A stretch of 64,000 bases of DNA from Hypanus sabinus (Eukaryota): positions 124,001 to 188,000 of the forward strand of contig NW_026780455.1 in assembly GCF_030144855.1 (NCBI RefSeq), in the 5' to 3' direction. The stretch's first letter is position 1. The number at the start of each line of letters is the position of its first letter. This document shows positions 37,070-51,288 of the stretch, piece by piece. A program made the translations under genes and the position numbers. Below the pieces are notes generated by a model, which had not been told where the DNA came from, did not search any database, and saw only the letters and a program-made list of their open reading frames with translations.

Positions 37070-38063
37070 CCAACAAGACAGTCTGAAAGTTCCGAGCAGA
37101 TGAGAGATGAGCGTGATTGGTCGTGTCCGGACATGAGGTTTCACCAGATGCTGAGAAACAGAAAGAACGCAGTAACTTACTTTAAATACAAGAATCAGAT
37201 TCTGACAAATTATCTGACGACCGATCGGTGATTACAGAGAGGAGAATACATCATAACCGTCCGGATAAAAACAACACAGGTTAGACAAATAACATCAAAT
37301 TATACAATAGATAAAGCCATTACGAACTCAGATAACATACAGAAATCCATGCTTGGAATACACCAACATATGCTGAATTAAAAGAGGAAAGTGACAGTGA
37401 ATGGCACATGAACAGGGTTAATATTTTCCCAAAAGTAATATTTACAACGACTATCCTCCCAGTCATTACAGAATAGCATTAAAAAATAGCCATAGAGACG
37501 AAATATGTTTGTAAATCTCCAGAACGCTAAAACACTAAAAATCTACTGAATACTCCAAGTTCCGAGTCATTTTGCAATAAGGGTATTTGGTTCAGGTTGT
37601 TTCATTGTAGGGGTGAGTGAAGCTAGACATTCCTCTTCATGAACCTGATGTTTGTGATGTCACAACTGCTCCTGAACCTGAATTCAGCATGTGAATTACT
37701 GTGATATCCTGGTGCTGCTGGAACTTATTTTCCGCTAATCTATTTAATACTGTTTTCCTATTACTCTGTTGTTTTTAATCTAACACTGTGTTTCATTGTC
37801 TGAGAGGAAGCAAAGCAGAGGTTCATTGTACATATGTAGAATGACAAAAAAATTCACTCAATTCAATTCAATGAAATCCCCGTTCAAAAGAAAAAAAAAA
37901 GAGCAGGCCAAAAATTCAGCAACGTCCCGCTAAGCTGCACCCTTACTACATTGAGTCCTGAAAGGACAGGGAAATTAGCCAGGAACCCTTTAACTCTCCC
38001 CAGTACTTAAACCATCCTGTTCTTTCATAACCAGTGGCTAATCATTGACCGCTGTTCATCACA
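37070..38063 (+). promoter_or_regulatory. Duplicated upstream region of a V-like segment (module X, copy 2)
   Basis: Direct homologue of 24,950-26,075, with an extra LINE 3' end at about 37,720-37,870. Confidence 0.55.
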
Positions 38064-38395
38064 ATGCAGATACTTCTTCCTCGTAATTGGCAATCGGTTC
38101 AACAGTGTCGAGACTCTGNNNNNNNNNNNNNNNNNNNNNNNNNNNNNNNNNNNNNNNNNNNNNNNNNNNNNNNNNNNNNNNNNNNNNNNNNNNNNNNNNN
38201 NNNNNNNNNNNNNNNNNNNNNNNNNNNNNNNNNNNNNNNNNNNNNNNNNNNNNNNNNNNNNNNNNNNNNNNNNNNNNNNNNNNNNNNNNNNNNNNNNNNN
38301 NNNNNNNNNNNNNNNNNNNNNNNNNNNNNNNNNNNNNNNNNNNNNNNNNNNNNNNNNNNNNNNNNNNNNNNNNNNNNNNNNNNNNGCTAGGATAT
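38064..38395 (+). CDS. Probable TCR-alpha-like V segment whose body lies in an assembly gap
   Basis: MQILLPRNWQSVQQCRDS(V) before the gap, and GCT AGG ATA T then CACGTTA after it. From the Asp codon (38,112) to a Cys expected at 38,383 is about 90 codons, the same as Gln to Cys in the intact V-beta (270 nt). Functional status unknown. Confidence 0.5.
38119..38385. other. Assembly gap (267 N)
   Basis: Run of N. Confidence 1.
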
Positions 38396-39779
38396 CACGT
38401 TATCTAAAGATATTATTCACTGAAAATCAGAAAATAAATCTAAATCCTGGGCTATACTGATACACAGAATATAACCACTGAAATCGATTGAGATCGGTCT
38501 GCATGTCTTTCTGTTTGAAGCAGAGGTTGGAAGGACCTTATGTTACAGCAAAGGTTGATCACCCCTTGATTGCAGAATATTTCAATAGTTACAGGTAGAG
38601 GGCAAGCGAATGTGGTTAGGAAGGATAGTTTATCAGTCATGAAGCCAGGAAAAACTTCCAGAGAGCGCCATTTCAATCCGAAAGCGTCTTGTTAAAGAGA
38701 GAGCTCAGAGGACAGTGGTCTTCTTACACTTTCCGGCTGAGCGCCTCAGTGGTTGCCGTCTGTCATCGATTCTGTCATGGGTGTTATTCTATTCAGAACT
38801 TATTGAGTATCCCAGCAAGGATATTTATCACGTGGTATACAGACAAGTACATGCACTGAAGATACCCCCCTAACCCCCGGGATACTTTCGTTGCTTAAGT
38901 CCGGATAAAGTATTCTCCGTTCCCCACAAACAAGTGAGATTGAGATGGCTCGATTCCAAACCAAACCACATCAGTTTTGCTGCTATGAAATTTGCAACCC
39001 TGTTGTAAATGAGTGTCATGTATTCACGGACAGCGTAAGATTAAAGGGATTATATGTATGAATCTTAATTCAGTGCTTAGTAAAGAGGAACAAAATAACA
39101 AAGTCCATTCTATTTAACAGTTAAAAAATATGCACAAGTTGGAACTAATCTTGAACTTCCCTGACACTCACTGCTGGTCCCTCGGTCACAGTGAAAGCAC
39201 ACAAGACCTTACGAACGGCGCTGGAAATCCATCTCGAACAAACGGCTCTCACACCCGATTTAATCCAACGATCTGTTCTTCCGGCGTCTTCATTCCTCTT
39301 CTCATGCCGCGCTAAAATAGAAAAAGAGAAACAAGACCAACCTTGGTGTCCCTCGGCGAAAAAAGCTCCCCCGAAATCCAATTCGACAGCGCGCATTCGT
39401 TATCTTCAACAGTAACTCAGACAGGTTGACAGCACAACAGACTGCTCTGACCGCACTGCTGAATGAAATACCTAAAACATGCCGGTAAATGTATGAGCAT
39501 TGGCATTACATTGATAATACTTTGAATTTTGAACTTAGAACAGAGTCACACACAAGATGCTGGGGAAACCCATCGGGTTGCATCTCTTGACATAAATAAG
39601 CGCTCGACGTCGCAGGCCGAGCGCATTCATTCGGGGTTGACAGCTGCAATCCACGTTTTCTTTCTATATAGTTTCGATCAGTTCCCTCACATCGCCGGCA
39701 TTTGCAACTAATCAACGTGGTACTGACGTATGCAAAACTGTTTTTAAAAAAATGTCCGTAACTCTCAGGGATTTCAGAC

Positions 39780-42540
39780 CACAGGAACGTAAGTCCATAG
39801 TGTATAGGAACAAAGTTAGGCCCATCGTGTCTGCTTAGTCACGGCTGATCATTTACTTCACTCTACGGCGCCATTCTTCGCCCCTCTCCCCTTAACGTTT
39901 AATGCTGTGTCCAATCAACAACCAATAAATCTCTGCCTTAACTAAGCCGATGGACATGACATTCCCTGTAAATGCAAACAAATTCCCCAAATTCCCCACC
40001 CTCTGGCGAAAGAAAATTCACTGCCTCGCTGTTTTTAATGGACGCCTCTGTATTCTGAGCCTCTGCCCTCTTGACTGAGACACCTCAACCCTGGGAAGCA
40101 TCCTTTCCACATCCACTCTGCCTCGGCTTTTCAAAATGCGAAACTTTGAACTGAGATCCCACCTCATCCCTCTGAAGTTCTGGCAGGTACAGACCCAGAG
40201 CACACAAACAGTACCAATATGATAACCCTTTCATCCCTGGGATCGTGCTTGTGATTTCTCGGGGCCCTCTCCAATGCCAGAAAATCTTTTGTTAGACGAG
40301 GATCCGAAAACTGCTCAGTATCCTCGCGCTGAGGCTTCAGCACTGCCTCGTGAAGCTTCAGCATCGCATCACTGTTCCTGTAAACTAGACCTCTTAAAAT
40401 GAATGTTAATATTAAAGTATCCTTCCTTACCTCCGAGTCCACCTGCACTTTACACCTGCATTTTAACCCTTCAGGCTCTCGCCACAAGGACTCCAAATTC
40501 CCATTGCACCGCAATTTAGTGGATTTTATACACGATCAGCAAATAATCTCCAAACGTATTTCCACTAGCAAAGTGCATGGTTGTGCACTCACTGTATTTT
40601 CCCCTTGTCACTTTCTTGCCGATTCTCCTAATCTGACCGAGGCTCTTTGCCAGCGACCTCTTTCCTCAGCATTACCTGACCCGGCACCACTACTTCGACC
40701 TTCTGCAAACTTGGCAACGAATTAATCTACTTCATTTAGTCTACGCTATCATTGATATCGAGCTAAAAATAAAAGGTGGTCCATAGACTGACACGTTCGG
40801 AACACCACTCGTCACGGGCAGGCAACCAGAAACGGATCATTTTATTTCCGCTCGGTTGCTCCTACCGTTATTTCTTGTAAGACCATCGACTCTTAATTTG
40901 ATAAGCAGCCTCATGAGTGGCACCTTCTAAAAGGATTTTTTTTTCACACTCCAAATGCACAACATCAACTATGCCCGCTTTATCGATCCTACCTGTAATG
41001 TCCTACAGGTAAATTCTGCGTTAGGTGTGTCCCTTGTGCATGATAATATCTGCGAAAGACACCGAGGGAGACAGCAAAGGAACGTACTTTCTCCTCCCTC
41101 GTCCTCTGTTACCTTATCCTTAACAAGTGAATCCAAAATCTTCCAATCACTGTCACGCTATTCCGTATATAACTCCCTTTCTACTGTCTTCCTCGTTTCC
41201 TAAAGAGTGAAGTGGCATTTGCAATTTTTTCTGACCTCTGGCACCATGCGAGAATCCAATGGTTTTAGAAAGATCATTGTTAATGCTTCCACAATCTCTG
41301 CCACTCACACTTTGAGAACCCTAATGTGGAGTTCGTTTGGCCCAGGTTGCTTATGGGCTCTTTGGTCTTTCAGCTTTTTGAGCACCTTCTCTCTTGTAAG
41401 AATAACGGCGTCCATTTCTGTTCCTTCACACACTACACCACCAGACAAACGGCTAGTATCTTCCACAGTGACGACTGATGCAAAATACTCATTTCTTTTA
41501 TTGCCATCTCCTTGACCTCCTCTTTAGTATTTCTCCTGCCTCAGCTTCTAGCTTTCCTTTATCCATTCTCATTAATAATTGATTTTTCTGCACTTGAAAT
41601 CGATTTCGCTACCCACATTGATATTCTTCATGAGCTTGCTTTCATATTTCATATTTTCCCTTCGAATTATTCTGTTAGATGCTCTCAGTAGGTTTTTAAA
41701 AGCTTCACAATACGCTGTTTTCCCAGTAGTTATTGCTTTGTTATATGCCTTCTCTTTTACTTTTATGTTTTGCCACGATTGTGCTCATTTGTAGTTTGAG
41801 TATTTATTTGTTTTTAGAATGCCTATATTCTTCACGTCCCTCTGTTTTACCTGAAACTCGCTGCATTTTTGCCCTGCTGACAATCCTGACAGCGTCTCCT
41901 TCAATTTTCATTTTGCCAATACTTTTCTCATAACACTGTGATTTCGTTTACTACACTGAAACACGGCTGCGTCACTTTAATATTCCCCATCATATCTGAA
42001 ATTGAACCCAAGTATATTGTGATCACTGCCTCCCAAAAGTTCGTTTACCTCAAGCTCCGTACTCATTTCCGATTCATTTCATAGCACCCAATCCAGTACA
42101 GCTGATCCTGATGTCGGCTTAAGGACGAAATGCTAAAACAAGCCAACCCAGTCGAGATGCATGTTGAACAATCCCATGGCTATCATAGCATTGCCATTTA
42201 TGCACACATTTTTCCATTTGAAATCTCTTGTCTGTTTTCCAGCTACTGACGGGAGACCTGCATACACCACCAATGAGCATCCTTTTACCCCGTCAGTTTC
42301 ATAACACAACCCGCAATGATTTCATAGCTTACGATCCTGTGTCACATCTTTTTACTGAGCTGAAACCACTCTTTATGTGTACAGCCACGCCATCCAATCT
42401 AAAGACCTTCCAATTCCTCCGATACGACGTGTAGCCTTGGACAGCAAGATCCGAAATGCGACCAAGCTTCAGCCACGATTCCGTGATGGCCGCAACATCC
42501 TGCAATCTGACAGTCTGCAAAGGTGACGTAAGTTTGTCTC
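39780..42540 (-). mobile_element. Decayed CR1 LINE (ORF2 APE to 3' end)
   Basis: LQDVAAITESWLK...QGYTSYRR...GVAVHIK (APE) at 42.3-42.5 kb; RT C-terminal and 3' motifs at 39.8-40.6 kb. Confidence 0.8.
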
Positions 42541-42599
42541 TGCTAATTGCGGAAAGGAAGTATGTGTGCGAGACTGGTTTTCGGTGCTCGGTGTCAGAT

Positions 42600-45230
42600 G
42601 TTGGAGGAGATATCTGGACGGCTGTGGCGAGCTGCAGATAACTTTCGTTAGGTCACGGAGAGCGAGGAGCCGATAGGAAGAGTCCTTCACACTGTGGTTA
42701 CAGAAGACAGACAAGTGGGTATTAGTCATGAGAGGGAATGGGAAGAGTAAGTACGAGAGAATGCTCCTATCAGGGTACCGCTTGAGAATAAGTACTCCTG
42801 TTTGAGTACTGTTGGTGGCGGAGGGGAACAGGCAGGAAGTTGACAGAAAGGAAGCTGAGAAGCAGGACCGCGAAAGTAATAATTTCGGAATTATTGCCTG
42901 AGCCGCGCGACAGTGAGTGTAAGAATAGAATGAGATGGAGGTTACATGTATTGCAAAGGGACTGGTGCAAGGGACAGAGATTCAGATTTCTGGATCATTG
43001 GAACCTCTTTTAGGGCAGGTGTGACCTGTACAACGGGGCGGGTCAAACTTGAATCACAGTGGGACCAAAATCCTGGTGGGGCGGTTTGCTCAGGCTACTG
43101 TGGAGAGTTTCAACTAGAATTGTGGGGCGTCGGAACCTAACTGAAGAGACTGGAGAAGATGAGTTTGCCTCACAAATAGTGAAAGCTTGTCGACAGTGCG
43201 AGAGGGAGGTTAGGCAGGTGATAGGGAAGGGACGCGCTCAGACTGAGGGTATGAGATGTGTCTATTGTAACACAAGGAGTACTGTGAACAATGCGGATGA
43301 GCATAGAGCATGTATCAGTTTTTGAAGCTATGATGTGGTGGCCATTACAGGGACATGAATGGCTCAGGGACAGGGAAGGAGGCAAAAGAGGAGGTGGCGT
43401 GCCACTGTTCATCAAAGCGTTCATCACGGTGGAATTGTCTAAGGAATCTGTGTGTGTGTGGAGATTAGGAACATGAGAGGTCAATAATCTCACTGGGTGT
43501 TTTTATAGGCCGCCCAATGGTAACAGGGATATCGAGGAGTCAGTAGGGGAAGAGATACTGGATAGATGAAATTCCCGCAGAGTTGTCCTAATGGGAAGTT
43601 TCAATTCCCCAAATATTGATTGGCATATCACCAGAACAAGAGTTTATTTGGGTTGGAGCTTTTAGGTGTGTTCTTGACAAAATACGTAGATGAGCCTACA
43701 AGCCACTGTATTTGAGTTGGAATTGTGAAATGGATCTGGTGCGGTGTCAGATCTCTCGGTGGGAGAGCATTTTGTAGATAGTAATCATATCTCTGTCTCC
43801 TCAACGATAGCATTGGAGCGTGATAGGAACAGTCAACTTGGAAAAACGTTTATTTGGAGTAATATCAATTGTAAGGCTATCTTGAAGGAAATTGTAAATT
43901 TAAATTGGGACCGGATTTTCTCAGGGAAATGTATGAAATAAATGTACCAAATGTTCAGCGTATATCTGTGTGAAGTTCTGCATAGGTACGTACCAATGTG
44001 TCAGAGAAGCTGTGATAGTGTACAGGAACCGTGGTGTACATACGCTGTAATAAATCTAGTCAAGAAGGAAAGAAAAAAACTTACGAATGGTTCAGAGAGC
44101 GAGGTAATGTCGGAGATCTTGAAGATTATAAGGCAAAGAGAAGGAGCTTAAGAAGGAAATTAGAAGGACAAGAACGGGACATGTGAAGCCCTTGCCGGGC
44201 AGGATGAAGCAAAACCCCAATGTATTCTATGAGCATGTTGAAGAGCAAGAGGACAAGCCGTAAAAGAATAGGAACTATCACGTGTGACAGTGGAACAGTG
44301 TGTATGGAACCGGGAGAAAGCAGAGGTACCTAAAGAATTCTTAACATCAGTATTCACTATGGGAAAGGATTTTGGCGGTTGTGGGGATGACTTGCAGCAA
44401 TCCGAAAATGTTGAGCATGCAGACATTAACAAAGATGATGTTCTGGAGCTTTTGTAATGCATCAAGTTCGATAAATCGCGAGGAGCGGATGAGGAGTACC
44501 CCAGGCTACTGTGGTAAGCGGGGGAGGAGATTCCGAGCCTCTGACGATGATTTTTACATCATCAATGGGGACGGGAGAGGTTCCGCTGGAATGTCGGGTT
44601 ACGGATGTCGTTCCTTTATTCAAGAAAGGGAGTAGAGTTAGCCCAGGAAATTAAAGGTCACTGAGTCTGAGCTCTCTGGTAGGTCAGCTGAATTAGTGGA
44701 TCCTGAGTTGAAGCATTTAGGAACATTTGGAGAGTTATAATATGATTAGGAATAGTCAGCATGTCTTTGTCAAGGGCAGGTCGTGCCCTACGAGTCTGAC
44801 TGAACTTTTTTTTTTTCAGGTTGTGACTAAACATGTAGAACGAGAATAGAGCTTTTCTGCTCGAACGAAGGAAGATGAGAGTTGACATTATAGAGCTGTA
44901 TAAGATGATGAGAGGTATTGATAATATGGATAGACAGTGGCTTTATCCCGGGTTGAAATGGCTATAATGTGAGCGCACAGCTTTAAGCTGCTGCAAGGAG
45001 GTACAGGTTACGTTTTCCACACAGAGTTTGGTCAGTGCGTGGCGTAGGCTGCTGGTGACGGTGGTGAAGGCGGATACGATAGGGTCTTTTAAGAGACTGC
45101 TGGGTAGGCAGATGGAGCTTAAAAAATTAGATGCTTATCGGTAAGACTAAGTAATTAAGAAAGTAAGCAAATGCTCCGCACAGCAATTGTGGTCTGAAGT
45201 TCCTGTAATGTGCTGTAGATTTTCAAAGCT
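42600..45230 (+). mobile_element. Decayed, internally deleted CR1 LINE (ORF1 end, APE, RT, 3' end), head-to-head with the previous copy
   Basis: MRCVYCNTRSTVNNADEHRACIS, then tatgatgtggtggccattaca (YDVVAIT); 3'-end motifs at 44.9-45.2 kb. Confidence 0.8.
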
Positions 45231-45644
45231 TCTATAATCGCTAACTAATATTTTCTGGTGAAATGAGCATATCTTTCCATTTTCATCATAGATACGCGTC
45301 TCTCTCGGATTCTCTTAAAAGTCACTTATCCTTGTGCGTCGAACACCACAATATGAAGTGCATCCCATGTACCCATTACTCTCTGTGTAAACGTCTTGCT
45401 CTTTAGAGTGAATTGGAAGCTACCGCATGAAAACTGTCCCGCACTTTGTGTATATTTGTATTTAAATGTTTTTTTGTGTCATCTGCAGGATTATTAATCA
45501 GCCTATTTTCAGACATCCGATTCAGTTGTAATTATCACAAACCCCAGAAGGACTCACTGTCGGACATTAACTATGGGCTGTTCTTGATGAGTTGTAATTG
45601 AAATGCGATCCCTGGCTTCCAACGTAAAATCTCTGCGTCACAGT

Positions 45645-45658
45645 CTGCCACCTGCTGG
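45645..45658 (-). promoter_or_regulatory. CTCF motif
   Basis: Minus strand CCAGCAGGTGGCAG, a full match to the core consensus. Confidence 0.55.
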
Positions 45659-45752
45659 CGGCATACAAATCTACGTTTTTTTTTATTCTTGCATGTGAGT
45701 GAATCAGAGAGCACAGTCACTGAATTACCTGTCCACGAACAGGTGTTTCGAG

Positions 45753-46913
45753 TATTATATACCCCCTGGGTTCATCTTTCTGTGGACTGTCACTTTAAAA
45801 CGCCGGGAGAAAGACACTGACTTCAGATACTCCTGGATTACTGCTGCCTATGAAAATTCCTCTGTTGCTGTGATGAGAGAGAAGCGATATTAGATGGACA
45901 ATGAATGTTCACTTACTTTTTTTGATTCTGCGGCTTGTTGTAGAATACACAAGGACACAGAGACACACAGTCAGAGTTAAGATGGATTCGGTCAATGGAA
46001 GACGCCAGTGAGTCGGCCGCTAGTTTACAACTTCAGTCGCCCAAAGGGGAGATTTGACCTCGATCCAGAGTACTGCTAAGTGACTCTCTCAAGTTGTTGC
46101 AACTAGAATAAGTTTACGGTGAGGAGGGGAGGGGAAGGTTTGAAACAGAAGAAACCTAGTAACAAAGAGATCACTGTTTGGACTCTGTGTTAAAGTGAAG
46201 TTGACTTTATTTTCATTCGGATACGAAAGTGTGGGTGCCAAAGAGATAATCAGCAGGAGTGGGTTCACTAGTGATGGGAAAAGCTTTGTGAATACAACGT
46301 GTGTATTTACACCTTGTCTGGGTCTAGTAGTTCCTTAAGGAAAGGCACCCTTGAGGCAAATCACTGCTGGAGTTTTTTCGTGGGTCGTGGAACTGGATAA
46401 GTGGCTGTCACGTTGTGTGTGATTGGGGTAACCTTGTAGAATTTACCGGTGTGTCGACTATTGCCGGTGTGGCGGTTCACTTGACGATGTTCCCCCTTGT
46501 GATAAGCTGCTGTTAATGATATTTTGTGTGAGGATTCAGAGGACAACGGGAAGATCGACGGCACCTCCTTGTTTGGATTAAAACAACTCTCTTTCACTTC
46601 AAATTCTGTACGTTTGAGCTGAACAGACATTTCTTACATACCATCGTAAGAATTTAACTCCTGCCAGCTGAGCTTGAATGGGTTTGGTAACTTTATTTTT
46701 TACACACCTGTATATACCTAACCCTTGGCTTACCTGGTTTAAGTTACTATATTACGTAGTTACTAAGAAAATAGTGATTGTTAACAGCGAAACCAGACTC
46801 TGGGTGTGTTCTATTTCTGCTGAAACTTTACCGTGTTGTGTGCACGTAGGAGGTATTTTCCCCAGGGTTGAGTGCACGTTGGAGGTATTTTCCAGTGTTG
46901 CCGGTGCACAACA
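45753..46913. mobile_element. Solo LTR-like insertion (1,161 bp) with 4-bp TSD
   Basis: Flanked by CGAG/CGAC, with termini TATTAT...ACAACA. The paralogous empty site at 2,825-2,828 has a single CGAC. Confidence 0.7.
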
Positions 46914-47349
46914 CGACCAAGCAGAACAGTCTTCTAATACTTCAGCATAAACCATCTTTTGCTTTCTCCATTTTCTCTGTATTCTTTAAAAAAACATTCT
47001 ATTCTCGAATTACTCTATCGTTCGAGACCGAATTATAGTTTTACTATAAAAAACTTGTCATTTTTCCAGACACATTTCTAACTGGACTATCACCCGGCTC
47101 CCTCAACATCGACAACTCTATCACCTTTGTGACGTCTGCAAGAGTATTTATGAGTCACGCCGACTTTCATCCAAGTCAAATGCCGGAACATTTCCAACAA
47201 TTGTGTCAAGTAGAATGGCTGCATTCAAGCACTTCCCTCTGGACTCTACTTAAACCAATGTTATCCAATGCATCTGTCTCATGCTCAGCCCACCGGAACG
47301 AGTACTTCACAAAAGTCTTACTTCCAGTCAAATCCCAAATGTCTTCACT

Positions 47350-47495
47350 GTTCAACTGTCCGTACTAATGGGACAATATGCAATGACCAACATACATATG
47401 AACACAAAGGTGTTTGGTCTGTGGGAGGAATCAGGAGTACGCCGAGGACACCCAGGCGGTCACGCTTTACAGACAGTAGCGGGAAATAAGTGGAA
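47350..47495 (-). mobile_element. HE1-type SINE fragment
   Basis: Inverted homologue of 35,310-35,440. Confidence 0.7.
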
Positions 47496-48143
47496 CGACG
47501 GATAATCAAACGGAGAAGGAAAGAGTCCAAGCTACAAGGGAATCAATCAATAAATAAATAGATATCGGTGCAATTTTCTCCGCAATCACCCTCCCCACCT
47601 ACCGAAGGTACTCAATCCGAATTGACAGCTAGGACCACGACTACAGAAAGTGTCCAAGAATGTCTTTAATTTCCCAGAGGCTTTGCGATGTGGATTGCTG
47701 CCAGGGACGCACGACAGATCTCGAAAGAACTCTGCTGCAAGCGGTGACTTGTGTCTGTCCACGGTTAAATAGTCTTCCTTCAGGGCTCGAAGGCAGGGGC
47801 TCTTGGAAACAATAGCACTGGCCAGAGGAAAGAGATCGATCTACATCGGGCGTACCTGAGCAGGCATTAGCGCCGCAAGGTATGCAGGCAGGGCACCACG
47901 ATCGTATCGCGATGGTGATGTCAAGGCGTCGCATGCAATTAAGTGTATAATCTCCTTTTTGAACTTAAGGAGACACAGGGAAACAGTGAAGAAAGTAAAC
48001 TGGAAGGAGCAGAGTGGAGGCAGACTGGGGATTCTCCTTATCATGTTGGGGAATGGAGGGGTGGAGGGCGGGAGCTACTCAGAGACGTCCACAGCCCCAA
48101 TGGAACTGCACATGCTACTGACGAAATGGGAGATTTTGGGGCG

Positions 48144-49066
48144 TCACTTAAGATTAATGCTCTCCTGACAACGCCGGGATAACTTTGCCATTAGACGCAA
48201 GGGGGATTTCACCGTCTCCTTGAACTGCAGCCTGAACCTGGTCTGGGCTACAGCGTAAAGAGCCGTGTTGGTGCAGCAGCTCAGGAGTTGAAGCATGTAG
48301 CCCAATTCCCGCAGACTATACGGAGGAGAAGGGTCAACGTAAAAATCCACGATCTCCCATACCGAAAACACTGTCAGCAGCGCCCACAGCAGGATGAAAT
48401 TCCCCGACATCACCAGCAGTAACAGGAGCGATTGCATGCGGTTCTTCATCTCCGGGTCGGCGGGCCTCTCGCCTTCGCGCGAACCACGGAGTCTCCTTCG
48501 GGCTCGGCTGGCCACTAAGACGTGCCTGATGGTTAAAGTGTTCAACAGGAGAATCAAAAGAAAGGGGAATACTGGGGTGAGCAAGGAATGAATCAGCAGA
48601 AACCCTACATCCTGAGATAGGGAAAAACGAAAAGAACGCATACAGAGCACGGAGAACGTTAAAATCGAATATGTCCCTTTGAGCAAAAAATACCAGAAAA
48701 TGTTCTTTCCGCAGCTCAGCAGAGTCACTGTCCCCAGAACCAGAACCGCCGCTCTCCCAGTGCAGTATTTTAGTTTCAGCTTCTGAAAACAAATGGCGAC
48801 AAACCGATCAAAAGTGAAAGTGACGGTGAACCAAACAGAACAGTCCGTGGCGGTGTAGAGCAGGACGGCGTGGATGTTACACACGGGAACACGTATCGAC
48901 CAGACGAAAGCCTCAAGTGGCATGTAAATCATCGGAATCTTGCTCAATACCAGATCGAAGAGAATGACGAGCTGATCCGCTGCTACCATGGCAACCAGGT
49001 ACCTTGTAACGCCTTTGGAGAGACCACACTTTCCCCGCGACAGGACTAAGACTGTCACCACGTTCA
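48144..49066 (-). CDS. GPR139-like paralogue 4, exon 2
   Basis: Acceptor ctccgcacag|TG at 49,066; uninterrupted 7TM frame (FDRFVAIC, CCTNTALY) to the stop at 48,144. With exon 1 it gives 367 aa. Confidence 0.93.
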
Positions 49067-50796
49067 CTGTGCGGAGGGAAATAAATATGATTAATACACA
49101 TTTGTTTCGCAGCGTTATCTGAAAAGAATTATTTCAATCGACTGGTCCTCCGAGTGTGGAGGTGAACATTGAATTAAATTATCTACTAAAGAGATTATCG
49201 GGAGCCATTATTAAATCGTTAGTGATTATAATGTTCTTGTTGAATTTCAGTAGAATGAAAGGAATCTCATTGTAACCTTTCTAATATTGAAAGGCCGAGA
49301 TATCGTGGGCTTTGAGAGGGCAGCTTCTGTAGTGCGACAGTCTCCAAATAGAAGACGAGGCTTCACGATATAAAGATATCACTTTAGAATAGAGGTGAAT
49401 AGATATTATAGAGGTGAAATAGAAGTATGATAGAGCTGAACGATATCACTTTAGAATAGAACTTTCTTTCGATCAAGTCCAGTGAATTTGTGGAATTACA
49501 CGTGACTGACTGCTATGGTGTCAGTGCATTGGAAACATTGCTGCAGAGAGTGATAGGCTTTTGATTCGTCCGGGAGTCAATTGACATGGGAGTGGGCGCC
49601 AGAATGTAGTTGAGAGTGTTAATAAATCAGCCACGATGGAATGGCAGATAGAGCTCGGTGCTCGAATGGCCGAAGTCAGCTAACGAGCCCTGTGGACTAA
49701 GCAGTGATATCAATCGATGGCTGGAATGTATTCTGATCCTTGGCGTCAAGAGAAGGAGTTGAAAACAGGATGCGATAATGAACTGATGAATGTGCCAAGC
49801 ATCACTGTTTACAAACATCAACTTTCCTCAACTGTTAACACGAAAGAAAATTAGAGCAGAAGAACCGAAGAAGAAGGAGCTGGAATAGTTCCTCTGTTCG
49901 GACTGGTAAGCTCCGCCATTGAAGGCTGGCCTGACTATGAACTTAACTCTATCTACCTGTCTTTTCCACCAAATCCTTTAATACCCCACTACGCAATAAT
50001 TTATCCACCGATGCACTGGGCAGAGAATTCCACAGATTCACCCCCCTCAGGTAAATGCAGTTGTTCACCATCTACGTCCTAAATTCTCTCTTTAGAAGCT
50101 TCAACGTTTGTCCTCTAGTTCCAGTCTCAGCTTCCATTGGAAACAGCTTTCTGCCCTTGTCTTATCTGTCCATTTTGTAATTTTATATGTTGCCAAAAGA
50201 TCGTCTCTGATCCTGCTGAATCCCAGCTTGTACCGTCCCACGCGACACAAACTCTTCTCATAGTCTCGCCACCTCATCTCTGGAATCAAAACGGTGAAAC
50301 GACTACGACGCCAGTAAATGCCTCCTCAAGTCAGGGGACCAGACCTGCACGCAGTAGGTCAGCTGCCGCTTCACCGGTGTCTTGTGCATTTGCAGCATAA
50401 TCTACTTACTCTTGAATTGATCACTGTAGCAATGAAGGCCAATATCCAATTTGCCTTCGTGTTAACCTGCTGCTGCTGCTGCAAACCAAACTTTTGTGAT
50501 TGAAGAACAAGCATTCTAAAGTCCCTCCACACTATACAGCACACTGCAATCGTTTATCACTTAAGAATACTCTGTTCTTCCATTTGTCCTTAACAAGTAG
50601 ATGACCTCGCCTCTATCAACATTGTCCTCCGTCCGCATAGACGCTGATACGTTCGCTAAAACAATCGGCATCCTTCTGTAGGCTCCCAGTTACCACTGCA
50701 CTATTTGTGTAGGCGGTAGATCGAGGCAGTTATGATGGCCACGTGACCTCATTCGCTTTCACAGCTGGAGCTTTGAGGTAGTTATTTATATGTTTA

Positions 50797-50832
50797 TTCA
50801 TTCATTCATTCATTCATTCATTCATTCATTCA
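50797..50832 (+). repeat. (TTCA)9 microsatellite
   Basis: Perfect tetranucleotide run in the intron; a decayed counterpart lies near 31,960-32,015. Confidence 0.95.
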
Positions 50833-51288
50833 ATCCAGCAATGCAGTCCCCTCCAGCAAACCTCGAGATAGCTGAATTATCCTACCATGTCCCAAATGGA
50901 CTGTGGAACATCAATCACTGGAAGCATGTGTATGCTTCACAAAGAGTGCCGATGTAATTTCCCAGAATGCTGCCTGGATTGGAAATCACTCACTATGAGG
51001 AGAGGCTGTGAGAGCCCGGACTTTCCTCTCTGGGAGTGAAGGTGCGTGTGAAGTTACTTGGTGGAAGTGTTTGAGAGGCGAAGAAGCAAATATAGCGTTT
51101 GCCTTACAGAGAGTTAGCCGGGACACCGACAACCCCAAAGCTGGACAGAGAAATCCTGTAATGAAGTTCGCTAAAGAGGTACCGGTTTGAGAGTCGGGCC
51201 AAACAATAAGACGACAGGCAATAAAGAGAAAAGAGAAGCTGAATTTTACTCCTCAACGTTAATCACGAGGAAGGAGCCAAGCACTTAC

